A DNA stretch of 59,721 nucleotides, the filler included, from Sphacelaria rigidula (lineage: Eukaryota): the NCBI GenBank assembly GCA_964200075.2. It is 10 parts of 10 records of this genome, joined end to end, with 100 filler letters (N's around TTAATTAATTAA, not from the genome) between each part and the next. Parts side by side here need not be neighbours in the genome. Positions count along the whole stretch, not along the records: positions 11,966 to 17,847 come from CAXNAA020023750.1; positions 17,948 to 23,829 come from CAXNAA020023751.1; 8 more parts are not named here. One strand, written 5' to 3'. Both the position numbers and the translations under genes were made by a program. Shown in pieces: positions 12,007-23,660 of the stretch. Within the stretch, counting starts at the first letter, position 1. Each line of letters starts with the position of its first letter. The notes under the pieces are model-generated. The model was not told the origin of the DNA. It made no database searches and saw only the letters and a list, made by a program, of their open reading frames with translations.

Positions 12007-13151
12007 CCCCCCCTCCCCCCGCGCGCCCCCCGTTTTAAGGATAAACGTGTGAATACGAGTACTGTTAGAGACTAGCCCCTAATTTTCTAATTTTCAGTTG
12101 TGGCAGGAAATGCTCTCGGGCACTGGCTGGTGTTGCAGGCAAGTTGAAGTTACGTGTACTTTCACCGTGGTTGTACTTCAAGGTTTCGTGTTTCTGTTGC
12201 GATGTCGTAGTATCGCAGTGTCAAAGACTTCCTGTTGGCGATTGAACAGTTACACCCAGCTTAATTTCAGGAATTACACACTGAAATTTTGACAGAAGAT
12301 CTATATAATCAGTACGCGGAACATTTCCGAAGCAACAAACAAAATAAAATAAAATAAAATAATTGAAATTCTGCGCGATTTGAAAATTCCCGAGAATAAA
12401 AATAATGTATTAACTCCCTGAAAAGAAAAAAAAAATGTTGCTGCTTTGGTCACGAATTCTTACCCTGCGTGCAGAAGATCCTCGTGAAAGTTTTGGCTCA
12501 ATAGTCCTAAAGTTAGGCTGCGCGTGCAAATTTTTGTGTGACAAACTGCGCCCCGGGGGTCTAATTGATACAGGAAACTCCAGTTTCGGCGGTCACGAGT
12601 TCAAATCCCGACATGACGTTTTTTTTTTTTGCATAATCTGGTTTCCGCCGTTAAAGAGGTATGCCAGTAGTCGGGTGGAGGAGGAAGTAGACGCTCATAA
12701 CTACCCCTGTGGCGAAGCAATTGAGATTAGACCTCATTTCGAGGGAGAGTGTAAATTATGCAAAGAGGAACGAGACGTGTTGGAGAGGGAAAGGTGTGGA
12801 CTCAAGGAATGTGACGTGATCGTTCGGTACATTAGTTAGGAGGGAGAAACTGGTTGCTATGCTAGGAGATAGATGTTGGCCACAAAAGGCAAAATAGGAA
12901 GTGGGCAAGATTTGCAAAAGGTTATGTATAATGTATGCATCTTCACTTTTTTTCAGCGAGTGTTTCTATTTTGTCTTTACCTCGAGTACGTCTTATTATG
13001 TTACCCCGGCTGGGTCTCTGGGGGATCAAACGAAAAGTGCAGCGCTCTAATCAATCAAATCGAAATCAATTTTGGGAAAGGAAAAAAAAAGTCGTGAGCA
13101 CCCAAACGTCGGAGGTTATCTTGATTGGAAGTAGAAAGAGTGGTATTTCTG

Positions 13152-13206
13152 GAAAGGGATGCGTGCTCAATGATCAAAATGACCAGGGCATGAAAGAAAT
13201 GAGTAC
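13152..13206 (+). mobile_element. Family A short retroelement 3' end (diverged), abutting the MGD acceptor tract
   Basis: GAAAGGGATGCGTGCTCAATGATCAAAATGACCAGGGCATGAAAGAAATGAGTAC aligns to the family A consensus. Confidence 0.65.
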
Positions 13207-13243
13207 GCCCCCCTTCCCCCCTTCCCCCCTCCCGTCCCCGCAG

Positions 13244-13435
13244 GCACTGAAGGAAGCCTTCGACGATCTGTACCCTGGTGCCGTGGACGTGAGCATTGTG
13301 GACATCTGGACCGAGGCTGCGCCCTGGCCGCTCAATCGCTTCGTGCCTGCTTACCAGTTCATGGCGAAGCGTCCCCTGATTTGGAGAGCGTTCTGGCAGT
13401 ATGGCCGTTTCCCTCCCGCCCGCAGGATGACCACG
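13244..13435 (+). CDS. MGD: Monogalactosyldiacylglycerol synthase, internal exon
   Basis: C-rich tract + cag| ... |gtaagc, 192 nt, phase 0/0. ALKEAFDDLYPGAVDVSIVDIWTEAAPWPLNRFVPAYQFMAKRPLIW is the segment that follows the GGGHRASA motif in MGDG synthases. Confidence 0.9.
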
Positions 13436-14819
13436 GTAAGCGATGTCGAGCGTGCGGTGTGTAAAAGCGGCGGTACGGCTCTATGCACACGTCGGCTTCT
13501 CCTCCACTCGTACGACTCACATGCTCTTGTTGTGTGTATGTGTGCTTCTTGTACAAGTACTGTATGCACTTTTTTTTGTTCAATATGTGTCTATTCTTCT
13601 TGTATTTTTTTCCAAGTTCCACGCATCAAGTGCAATATAGGCCCAAGGGATGAAGATTCAAGCATTGTTCAAAGCGCCTACCGCATATGCAGTAGAGAGA
13701 AGATGCGCCGAGTATCATGCTACGCACTCCACCAGCGTGACGTTCCCGATATATAGAAGAATATACTTGCACTTGAGTGAGTGGCTTGCGTTATGGTCGC
13801 GGTGACGCGGCGTCATTTTTTTTTGTCTGATGGCCTGTACTGATGGATTTATTTGATTTGATTTGATGTGATTGTCGCACCTTCACTGACCCCCCAGCGA
13901 TTCATCCGTGGTCACATGATAGACGTACCCGAAATGTACAAACAAATTGAATGTACCGTTTGATATAAATATATATATATATATATATTCAGTTGGACGT
14001 TCTGTACCCTTTTCGAAGCGGCACAATTTCAATGACCAAGCCAGCCGACAAACGTTTTGTGGGTTTTGGTACAGCATTTAGTGCGCACCGCGGTGATGGT
14101 CTTCCTCAGAAACTTGATTTGGGAAACCAGAATCCACCCGTACGTCCCCCCCCTTCCTGTATCGATTTGGCAGAGAGAGGCTATTCGAGGTTGAACCTTC
14201 CCATCCCTGGACTCCCGGCATTTTTTGTCGGGTTCATTTCGCTCGTTTTTGGCCATCAAAGGGAGAAGACGGGAAAGATGAAGGATTGGGTTGAGTTGAG
14301 TACACGGGGGTGACCTGGCCTGGCGTGGTGTAGCAGAAAATGAATGAGGAAGCGGCTGTATGCGGAATTGAGGAATATGCTCGAACGAGAATTTTGGGTT
14401 TATCATACTCCGACGGTTGTGATCCTTGGGCCGCCAAGGTGGGTCATCTGTTGAGTCGGCATCATTTTTACTTGAAATTGTGCATGCAAGACCTAGATCG
14501 CCCACCCCCCACGTTGGTGGCCAAAGGGTTAGTTCTGAATATCGGGGAGGAGCAAGTGTGACATTGCTGCCCCACCACACCACCATGCAAGGCAAAAGTA
14601 CTAAGGCACTGCTGTAACTACGGTAGCCTCCCAGCCGTGGGTTTCGCTGGTCGTCAGTTTTTGAAGTGGTGGGACGAAAAAAACCTACTCCTGCACTTGA
14701 ACCGATATATATCCGCCGGTGCGCCCCGGTTGCGTAAATGAACATTTTCCGAGTGTGAGCATTACAGTAGGGTGGAGAGAACAAGGGTTCGGTTCCTGGT
14801 GTGTTGGGTTTGTTCTTCA

Positions 14820-15130
14820 AGGCATCTGATTTCCACCGTCGAGTGCGTTAGTACGCGAGTAAACAAAATATAGTTGACTGAGTTTGTTTGACGAGAGTTG
14901 ACGCGGTGCACGAGAGTGCTGATAAATCATTACCCAATTCGCGAGACCAAAATGTGAGGTGTTGAACGAGAGAGAGAGAGAGAGAGATGCCTTGATCCGT
15001 TGAGACTAGTAAACCACGGACACGTCCCGAGGAAGGGTAGGGATCAGAAGTCGGGGATAGAGAGAAAGAAAGGGACAAGCACTGTGGTTAAGTGGCCGTT
15101 TTGAGTGTAAAGGCATACGAGAAATGTCCG
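14820..15130. repeat. Interspersed repeat family F
   Basis: Similar segments at 15335-15500, 33715-34050 and, inverted, 32300-32500 (shared core GTTTGACGAGAG...CCAATCCGCGAGACCAAAATGC). Confidence 0.6.
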
Positions 15131-16792
15131 GAATATGACGAGGTATTATATATGTTCTGAGAGTGCGTTGAATTGGTATGCTGGTATGCTGTCACGTCCC
15201 AGTCGTGCAACTGGTGCAATTGACCTGTGTCGGGGCGAATGATTGAGAATATGAATCTCGCCAGATGTTTGTGTGTGTATGTGTGTGTGTGTGTTTTTTT
15301 TTTCTCGGGTACTATCTGATCTGCATCGATAAAAAATATCGGGAGGACGTGAGTAGCAGAGAAAAATGTTTGTTGGACGACAGTCCGGAGTGGTGACAGT
15401 CATGATCCAATCCGCGGCAATGCAAAAATGCTAAGGCGCGAACCGGAGGGGAAAATGAGTCGATCCCTAGGGACACGAAAGACTACCCGCTTGTCTCGAG
15501 GAGGAGAGAGGAGGTTGAATGTGTAGAGCTTTATTTATTTATTTTCAGCGGGTCACCTAGTAGTAACGCATGGTAGGTACACACTTGAAAGCACAAGAAC
15601 GGTGTTCCGGTGCAGTTTTTGTTGTTAGTGTGTTAGTGTTGTTCGGATTTAGGTACGTCATTAGCCGGTGCTTCGTCACTATGGCTATGGCCACAGTGAC
15701 TTACCTACGCCCTTGTTGTAGTATCGGTATGGCGTTTATGCGTGGCGTGTTGTTCATCGTTTGATGTATCGGACGTCCTGAAAACGGCACCAACATGTGT
15801 GTACTTTGTAAAAGCAGCGTACGCAAGGGAATCACACTGATAACTGACTGCACGATTCATGGATAAAGCATGTTTCTCCACATTTTGCTTTCCGTGCGCG
15901 TATTTCCACAATGGTGAGATATAATATCGGAACAGAAAAAAGTCATTGTGCGGCAAGAAGGAATGGATGTGTCAACTAAGGAAGCGACTGAAGTGGAGTG
16001 GGGAAGATGGGGGGGGGGGAGGGGGGACATTTTTTATAACTTTAGTACTGATGCAGTTAGGCGTACAGCAGAGACATGAACAAAATATTGTGTTCGAGTG
16101 AAAGCATTACGCTCCCACAGAAGACAGGCTCCCGCGGGTGCTGTACCGGTGCCTTAGTTGTAAAGTCTGAGTTCGTGGGTGTGGTGTGGAGCACACCAAC
16201 CTTGGTCGCTGTCGGTAGGGCGAGCCCCTCGTGGCGACTATTAATAGACAGTTGGCAAGGTGCTGGTCATGGGGAATGACCCTCGTGGATGTTGCCTTGG
16301 GAACCGGTTTCACGGAATCCAAGGAGCGTCAGAAACGCGCTCTCCGCAATAACATGCTTCACCGTAGTTTGTTTTTTTTTTCCTGCCTGTTCCGTTGCGT
16401 TGTTTTATTGAATTGTGCTCATGCTTGGAAAGACTGGAAAGACAACCCCTGCCTTTCCGGTGTGAACGAAAAAAAAGTACAGCGAAGAGAGATGTCTTCG
16501 ACAGTATAGACATACAAGAAATGACTCGAATTAGCATTCGACGCTCTTCTGAGCATGTACTGTACCGCAATGATTCATTCATACTTGAGTCGTGTCGTTT
16601 TATCTTAGCTGCCTCTTGAATACTTGCTTGCCTCAACGTCCATCCCAGCCATGCCCTGCTAGTCAACCGCACGTAGAACCCCCTCCCCCCCGCGCGCGCG
16701 CCAATCGTTCCATTTCCGTGCAAAAAAGGAAAAAAAGCCAAAACATAACCTAGTATGCGTTGTTCTCCCCCGCCGTTCAACGAATATCGCAG

Positions 16793-16983
16793 GAGATCTC
16801 CAATCTTCAGTGCCACTCTAGATTCAAAACTCTCATCGAGGACAGCGACCCGGATCTGGTCATCTCGGTGCACCCTCTGTGCCAGGATTTGCCCATGAGG
16901 GTGATGAAGAACATCGGTGGCGGGCGGCGAGAGATTCCGTTCGTGACTGTGGTTACCGACCTGGGCGGGGCGCACCCCACCTG
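16793..16983 (+). CDS. MGD: Monogalactosyldiacylglycerol synthase, next internal exon
   Basis: cag|GAG...TG|gtaagg, phase 0/2, in frame with the previous exon; motifs PDLVISVHPLCQ and IPFVTVVTDLGGAHPTW. Confidence 0.92.
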
Positions 16984-17120
16984 GTAAGGGCAAAAAAAAA
17001 ACAGTTATATATATATATATATATAGGGAGAGAGACTTTTTTTCTTCTTTTTTTTGTTACGACTTAGTCTGCTATGTCGTTCTGTTCGACCACTTTTTTT
17101 TTTCTGTTCCTTTTTTTGTT

Positions 17121-17193
17121 GGGTATGTCTAGCATGAGACCACGGCTGAATCCCTGGGGGGTCAGTTAAAGTGCGACAATCAATCAATCAATC
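17121..17193 (+). mobile_element. Family C LINE/SINE 3' end with (AATC)n tail
   Basis: Consensus GGGTACGTCTATCATGAGACCACGGCTGGACCCCTGGGGGGTCAGTTAAAGTGCGAC+(AATC)n. Other copies: 13846-13930(-), 17473-17550, 25177-25250, 49797-49864, 52105-52180(-), 54230-54293, 56625-56700(-). Confidence 0.8.
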
Positions 17194-17784
17194 ATAGACG
17201 CCTTTTCTCTTTCTCCATCCCTGCTGCCCGGCTGACTATTGACAGTGAAATGAAGGCCTTTCGAAGTTGAAAAAAAAACAGGAAGTTTCCTCATCGTTGC
17301 TTGCACGGACGGGTATAATAGTGGATCCAAGCCTATTTTTATCCCCAACAGCGACACTGCTGCTGCGTACATATAGATTTATGTACCTGCTGTGTCGGGT
17401 CAGAGATTCTTCGCTACTAGTCTGCTCCGTGTTTTTTACCTGTCTTCGGGGAGTGTGTATTATGTTTTATCTCGGGTGCGTGTATCATGTGCATGATGAC
17501 CATGGCTGGATTCTCAGGGGATCAGTTAAAGTGTGACACAATCGATCAATGAAGCCTTACGATATTTGAAAAAAAAAATGACCGAAACCTGCAGTCGAGG
17601 AGCAAACACCAACATTATCCCTCAAAACCTATAATTATATATAGTATAGTATGTACATATACACCTATGCCAACGCTTGAGAGGCCGTAAAAGAACTAAA
17701 CAATGAAGAAGAGTCAAAACCCTGCTCATACCAACGAAGCTATTTTTTTTTCCTGACTGGCGTAACCCCCCGTCCCCCGTCCCT

Positions 17785-17847
17785 GGTGACGCACCCATGA
17801 GGCAGTGTATAAGCCGTGGCTGTCTCTGGAAGTGGCGATACCAGAAC
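17785..17847 (+). mobile_element. Family D hairpin-forming short repeat
   Basis: GGTGACGCACCCATGAGGCAGTGTATAAGCCGTGGCTGTCTCTGGAAGTGGCGATACC; inverted copies at 35900-35967, 41876-41944 and 53985-54053. Confidence 0.75.
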
Positions 17848-17947
17848 NNNNNNNNNNNNNNNNNNNNNNNNNNNNNNNNNNNNNNNNNNNNTTAATTAAT
17901 TAANNNNNNNNNNNNNNNNNNNNNNNNNNNNNNNNNNNNNNNNNNNN

Positions 17948-18009
17948 ACTCATTTGTTGCTTGCCTTAGTCGTTTGACCATTGACCACGCATCCCTTGGG
18001 ACACGGAGC
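17948..18009 (-). mobile_element. Family A short retroelement 3' end
   Basis: Reverse complement of the family A consensus, preceded on its own strand by a C-run. Confidence 0.8.
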
Positions 18010-18044
18010 ATGGAGGAGGGGGGGGGGAGGGGACTCCACGTGCA

Positions 18045-18527
18045 GAATGGATTCTCTGTATCTCTTTTCCTGGGATACTCTGTACCAAAATCCAAAGCAC
18101 AGCGCTCAAAACTTGTTGGAAAATCCACTTCTATGGTAGGGAATTGTGTGTAGTATCTTGAATTTAGTATGGAATGTTGAAAACGCCATATCTCTCGACA
18201 GATGACGATTTAGGTCAAGGTGATGGTATCGATCGTTTCCCCGTCCCCCACGGAATGTCAACACCAAAAATCAGCACCATTCGCTGATTACACTGTAACA
18301 GGGTTTCGTGTAGACTTTTGTATCGAAACATCTTCGTGCGTCACGGGGTTTAACTAGGTGTAGTGTTCTTCATAAACGAGAAGGAATAGGGCCCGGTTGC
18401 TGAGTAGATTGGCATGTGTCCTTGATCAGACGATTAACAAGATGTGCGGATGACGGCCCAGTTTGTCTGCGTCGATGAGATTTGACTTGAGACAGCTTGA
18501 GTCCGTTTTTTAGGCTGGCCCAGCTCC
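18045..18527 (-). mobile_element. MITE family M2, sharing its terminal motif with M1
   Basis: Ends GGCTGGCCCAGCTCC|TA; inverted homolog at 38848-39325 starting TA|CGAGCTGGGCCGGCC. Confidence 0.65.
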
Positions 18528-18740
18528 TAGCCATATCCTTGGTTGCAATCCCGTAGCCATCTCCTTGCATGTAAAGTGCTTGCTGTCATGGACCAGGACA
18601 ACAGTGCGCAGCTAGATTTTTTGCACGAGTTACAAGCTCACGTCTGCCATGCTGGTGTTGTTGCCTTGTACAGTGCTTGTTTTCATGAAATGTACTACTC
18701 TCTTCCGTTGTCGCTTCTGCCGTGTCGATTGTGTTCGCAG

Positions 18741-19249
18741 ATCACATTCCAATGTCGGCAGTGTCCGTGGCTCTTTCCGCGACCTTAACAGCGGCAACGA
18801 AATTAGGAGCTCAACAACAAGAGCAGCCGGAGCAGCAGCGGCAGCAGCGGCAGAGGAAGCCCGTGTTGTCTCGAAACGTTCGAGCTCTTTGGCAACAAGG
18901 GCTAGAGCAGTCGATGCTACCGAGAGAGCAACGGCTATCTCGCGGCATACAGTCACCAACAACAACAACAACAACAACCATGTCTCCAACCCAGCTCGTG
19001 TCGTCGAAGCCGTCCCTACTAGCCGCATCATCGGAAAAGGTTGTAATCGTACCATCGTGCTCGATGGGGGTATCACCAATAGCGTCGGTAGCACCAACAG
19101 GAGCGCCGGAGGCGTTGCCGCTCGAATATGCAGTCAAAATCTTGAAGGGAACAGCGGGTCGGCGGGTTGCTCTCCTCGGCGAGGCGGCATGTTAAATGGG
19201 AATAGTCTGAACTCCGCGGCTGTAGTGGCCGCCGTCGCGGCAGCACTAG
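18741..19249 (+). CDS. Low-complexity internal exon of an unidentified gene
   Basis: ttcgcag| acceptor and AG|gtgagg donor around a 509-nt open frame with poly-Ala and poly-Asn; no recognisable domain. Confidence 0.55.
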
Positions 19250-19329
19250 GTGAGGATATATATATATATATATATATTCATATTTATATTCTTGTTCTTT
19301 TCGGTCAAAACTTGCAAGATTGTGTTCTG

Positions 19330-19510
19330 TCGGGTATACTGGTTATAAGTTGGGTATTTACAGAAAACATGAAAGGGGCCCATTTTTAGCCAAATACCCT
19401 CTCCCGAATATTACCGGTTTGTTCGGTACACATTTCGGTATGGTTTTTGTGTGCCAACCAAAAATCCGGCACTTCCGGGTATATCCTACAAACCACAACC
19501 TGGAAAACTT
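19330..19510. repeat. Interspersed repeat
   Basis: Reverse-complement similarity to 30430-30620 (e.g. GGGTATATCCGGAAGTCGGGATTTTTGGTTGGCA). Confidence 0.6.
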
Positions 19511-19904
19511 GTGTGTGAGGGTGAGGGTGAGTGTGTGTGTGTGTGTTGTGCCTGATGACCGCGTATCGCATCTGGGCTGGAGCCCACGCCAGCCGTTGTC
19601 TGTTTCTTACTTTTTGCGTCTGACAGTACCGTACGCAGCAGATAAAATGTAGGACGGCTCTTTGTTGGCGGTTAGCTGGTCCGTGTTGCGTCGGAGCAGT
19701 TTCTTGGTTACAAATATTATCCCCGATACTATAACGGTCAACAGGTCAAATATTGAGCGCACGGGGCGTGTAATATTTTAGTTCAGCCGCACGGAGTAAA
19801 AACAGGGTATCGTGTTGTATTGTAGTAGCCAACCTCCTGCGGACGCCAAAATCAAAGATAATAAAGGCTGGTTCAGGCATATCACCCAAAAAACACTCAT
19901 CGGC

Positions 19905-20640
19905 AAAAACTCACGCCGTTTTAAGGAGTTAGACCCTGAAATTTTGCACAGATGTTCGACGGGGCATTACGCAACTTTCGAAGGTCGAGGTTTTTCGACT
20001 TCTTGACTTTTCTCGCCGTTTTTGGGGGTCCCAGTTTTTTCCGGGAGACATCGATCCAATCGGACCCCGTAAACCGGTAAAGGAAAGAAACTTCAAAAAC
20101 TTCGTTCATCCAAAGTTGCGTAATGACCCATAGCACAGCTGTGCAAAATTTCAGGGTCTAACTCCTTGAAACAGCGTTAGGTTTTTCACTTTTGTGCGAT
20201 GAACTTTGACGTGCCGCGGTGTAACCGCAAACTACTTGATCTTAGTACCAAAACGGCGTTTTTGGGCCCTCTTTGACGTGAACATGAAAATTCAAGCATC
20301 AGTTGATCAAGTTTTGCGACAAAAGTTTGTGGGACCCTTCCTCGGCTTATGCGGGGACAGCTTGCTCACAAAAAAATAAAGAACAATATCGTCGTGCCGG
20401 TTTTCCCGGTCCCCAGAATGGAGACTACTTCGAAAAACGACTTCGATCCCGTCGGACCCCCGAAAAACGGTGAAAATCCCAGCAAGTAAAAAAACATGAT
20501 TCATAGAAAGTTGTGTAATGATACACAGCATATTTTTGCAAAGTTCCAGGATCTAACTCCCAACAACGGCGTGAAGGTTTGCGCGTTTGTGGAGGACGTG
20601 GGCTTGAAACGTGCAACTCCCAACTACTTGGTTCTAGTCT
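19905..20640. repeat. Foldback/MITE-like block
   Basis: Perfect 29-bp inverted repeat (19923-19951 vs 20139-20167) that extends imperfectly, plus a diverged direct copy of 20030-20250 at about 20420-20640. Confidence 0.65.
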
Positions 20641-23596
20641 TGAGACGTCTTTTGAGGTGAACCTTACGTCAAGGCAAGAAAAACTGTACGAGGTTTTCGA
20701 ATTTCTGCACCAAACTTTGTACATGTGTTCGTTGGACTATCCTGGGACGCATCATTTTATTATTTTTCTTTTAGGGCATTCTTTACCGCCTTCCGGGGGT
20801 CTTCATACTGAAACCCTCGGAAGCCGGTAGAGAACGGAAACACCATGGAATATTGTCAAGAATACAATTTTTCCGTTTGGAGTACCAATACCTACAGAAC
20901 TGCCAAGTTTGAGGGCGATTTGAGTTTTTCTACAATAGATATAGGGAACACCGTCACGAGGCTCCCTGGGTCTTTCGTGCGTATCATAAGTGGAAATTAG
21001 ACGACGCCAACACCCGACATCTCCGGAACATCACGGTTTCGGGTATAATTCGACCACGTGGTAACCGTTCTCAAATATTTTCAAATATGTTTTTTCGTTA
21101 GATCCCCGAGCCGATGACGGTGACTACGATTTGAAGCGTGTAGAGGTTGGGTGGAAATTGGGCTTGGAATTCGTAATTTCGATCTCGGAACAGTTTGACG
21201 GGCGCTGATTGGTCCATATACCTTTTCCCCCTTAGTGCTACCACTATGGCCTTACACTCAAATCTGGCTATGTCACGCTCTTCAGCTGTCCATGGCGGTC
21301 AGTATGATATCATGTATGCGACGATTGGGTAGGTATTGCGAAAGGCATTTGCTAATGACACAATTTTGGGTGATCACCGTGAACCAGCCTGTAAATGTTC
21401 CCATTTTTTAGTTCATTCTTTGTGTACAGTTGTGATTCGGCAAATGTTTATTCCTCTGTTTGTTTGTTTTTTGTTCCAAAACGACGAAGGTTACAGCCAT
21501 ACATATATAAATATATGTATCGCCTGTCAAAGAAGATACCTGCGATATATCGGTTGTTTTTCGATGCTGCCATTTTGGTTTCGGTATTCGCGTGCATGTA
21601 AATAATGTTTTGTTTTTGCTTGCCTCTCGCTGTTCATGTCATGTGCTAAAAGGCGTGGGGACTGTCGGAGGCAGCGGCGATGACACGCATACAGCGCAGG
21701 TGACCGCGCACAGTAGTCGTACCCCGAAATGTAATGATTGGTTGTGGAGCGGGGCCCGTCTTTTCAAAGGCCATGGGCCGGTGAGGATGGAAGCGGCAAA
21801 ACAGCAGCACCCGCGGCATCACGAGGCGAACGAGGCAACACCGTTCGGTAGATTTTCCAGCCTGGGGGCGAATGGGGCTAGGGACTGTATCGTGGACGGG
21901 TGAGCGTGCGAGGGAACTCCCTCATGGCCAGAACAAGAGTCGAAAAAAACTAATGGGGAAAATGTGCACACCGTGGATAATGACAACATATTACATAGTC
22001 AAGATATGTACTGCGCACAATATGGAATTCATTGTGTTTACTGCAATAGACGTGATTGTCGATACTTTACGCTATGCGAGTACACTTTTTGACAATGGAA
22101 TCTATTGTGTAGGGTGTGGAAACGTGCCTCAGAGACGGTGAGGCGTTGTGCGGATGAGGGACCGCCCATGGCGCCGTTTCGGCGCGCGACGGTGAGGTGG
22201 GGTGGGAAGCCTCTTTTTTATCGAAGAACAGTTGGAAGCCGGGCGTAGGAACTATTCCGAAAACCGTGGGATGTTAGACACGAATGGTTAACCCCTAACC
22301 CCATTATCGCTCCAGTGCGCGACTGCGGATGTTGTCATCTTGAGCTGTTGTTGTTGTAGTTGCTGGTGATGGTTATGATGATTATGTCGTTTTTTTATAT
22401 TGCGGAATGTCGTCTATAGCCCTCCGGAATTGAAAACCCCGACCGTTGATTCCCCACGAGGATCAATCGTCTTGAGCGTGAGGACCGACGCCCGCATGGG
22501 TAGGGTGACTCGTGTATAGAGTCGAGCAAGGGGACGGTGTAGGAGATTTGCTCGGTGAGGAACACTTTCCTTCCAAGTCCGAGACTACCTGGGTGAGGGG
22601 GCACTCCCACCTTGGTGCCTACCCGTATATCCGATCGGGCTATCTAACCTTTGAGTTGGGTACCTGCGGCGGGTGGAGTGTACTCGAATACACTGCGTGA
22701 GACTAGGAAATAGCCAAGTGCATGGTGAAAGGTTCCTTCCTGTCTCCTGGGGACGATGAAGAACAAAATGTCTTGAGCGGGGAACGGTATGTATGTATTG
22801 CACAGCCTGGACAATGTAATCATATTTATTGTCCAGGGTGTGATGTATTGACGTATGCGTTGATGTGTTGATCGATGTGTTGATTGCCGCACGTCCACTG
22901 ATGCCGTTACGAATTACCGGCCATGTCAGGTTATAGAAGACAGACGCACGTGCCCAGAGGTGAAGGAAAAAGAAAAAAAAGCGCAAGAAATCACTCGAGA
23001 CGAAGAACAGAGTTGTCTTGAAATGTTAATTAGAAGGGGGGAAGAGAGAGGGAGAAAAATAAAGTTCACCAGGCTAAGAACTTGAAGTACAGTAAGTAGT
23101 AGTACCGGTCCCGAAAAAAGACCGAAGTGGCAGACCCAAGCCAAGACTGGAGACAAGGAGGTTGTACAAAAAGTCACGACCATGCCAGCAGGTCGCGACT
23201 CACATATCTGGAGACAGCACACACAATGTTCTCGTTATGTTGCTACACGAAGCTCCCCTGTACCTCGGGGCGAGTCCGTAGTCTTGAACCCCTTGACCGC
23301 AAGGGCAGTAGGTCATCTGGGTCGTGTATTTTTTTTCAAGTGAAATCGATGCCTAATGAACAGATGACCAATGCCGGTTGGTGGTCAAAGGGTGAGTTAA
23401 GGAGATCAACCCATCGCACCCCGCTCCCGCACCCCCCCCCCCACCCCCCTCCCGCTGCCCTCGTCCGGCCCGCCCCAGTCCGCCGTCGACTTCNNNNNNN
23501 NNNGCGACAGAAAGAGGTCCCCCGCGCGCGGGGGGTTGCCCGGGGGTGGTTAAGGGGAACACCCCCCACCTTCCCCCCCCCCCCCCCCCCGCACTT

Positions 23597-23660
23597 GCTC
23601 CGTCTCGAAAGTGATGCATGGTCAAATGTCAAACGACTAAGGCAAGCAACAACTGAGTAC
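23597..23660 (+). mobile_element. Family A short retroelement 3' end
   Basis: GCTCCGTCTCGAAAGTGATGCATGGTCAAATGTCAAACGACTAAGGCAAGCAACAACTGAGTAC, C-rich on both sides; another partial copy at 24188-24226. Confidence 0.8.

Noticed and set aside
12935..13756. 273-aa ORF as a full CDS
   Set aside because: Only 13244-13435 is MGD-like and bounded by splice sites; the rest is intron read-through.
14029..14820. 263-aa ORF as a gene (likewise 16310-16993, 26642-27319, 30206-30991)
   Set aside because: No recognisable domain; they are intronic, antisense to real exons or run through unrelated repeats.
17785..17847. SECIS element in family D (ATGA...AA)
   Set aside because: The GA of ATGA falls in a normal stem with CTGTCTC, there is no GA/GA quartet, and no selenoprotein context is visible.
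22288..22303. Telomeric repeat
   Set aside because: Only about two imperfect CCCTAA units.
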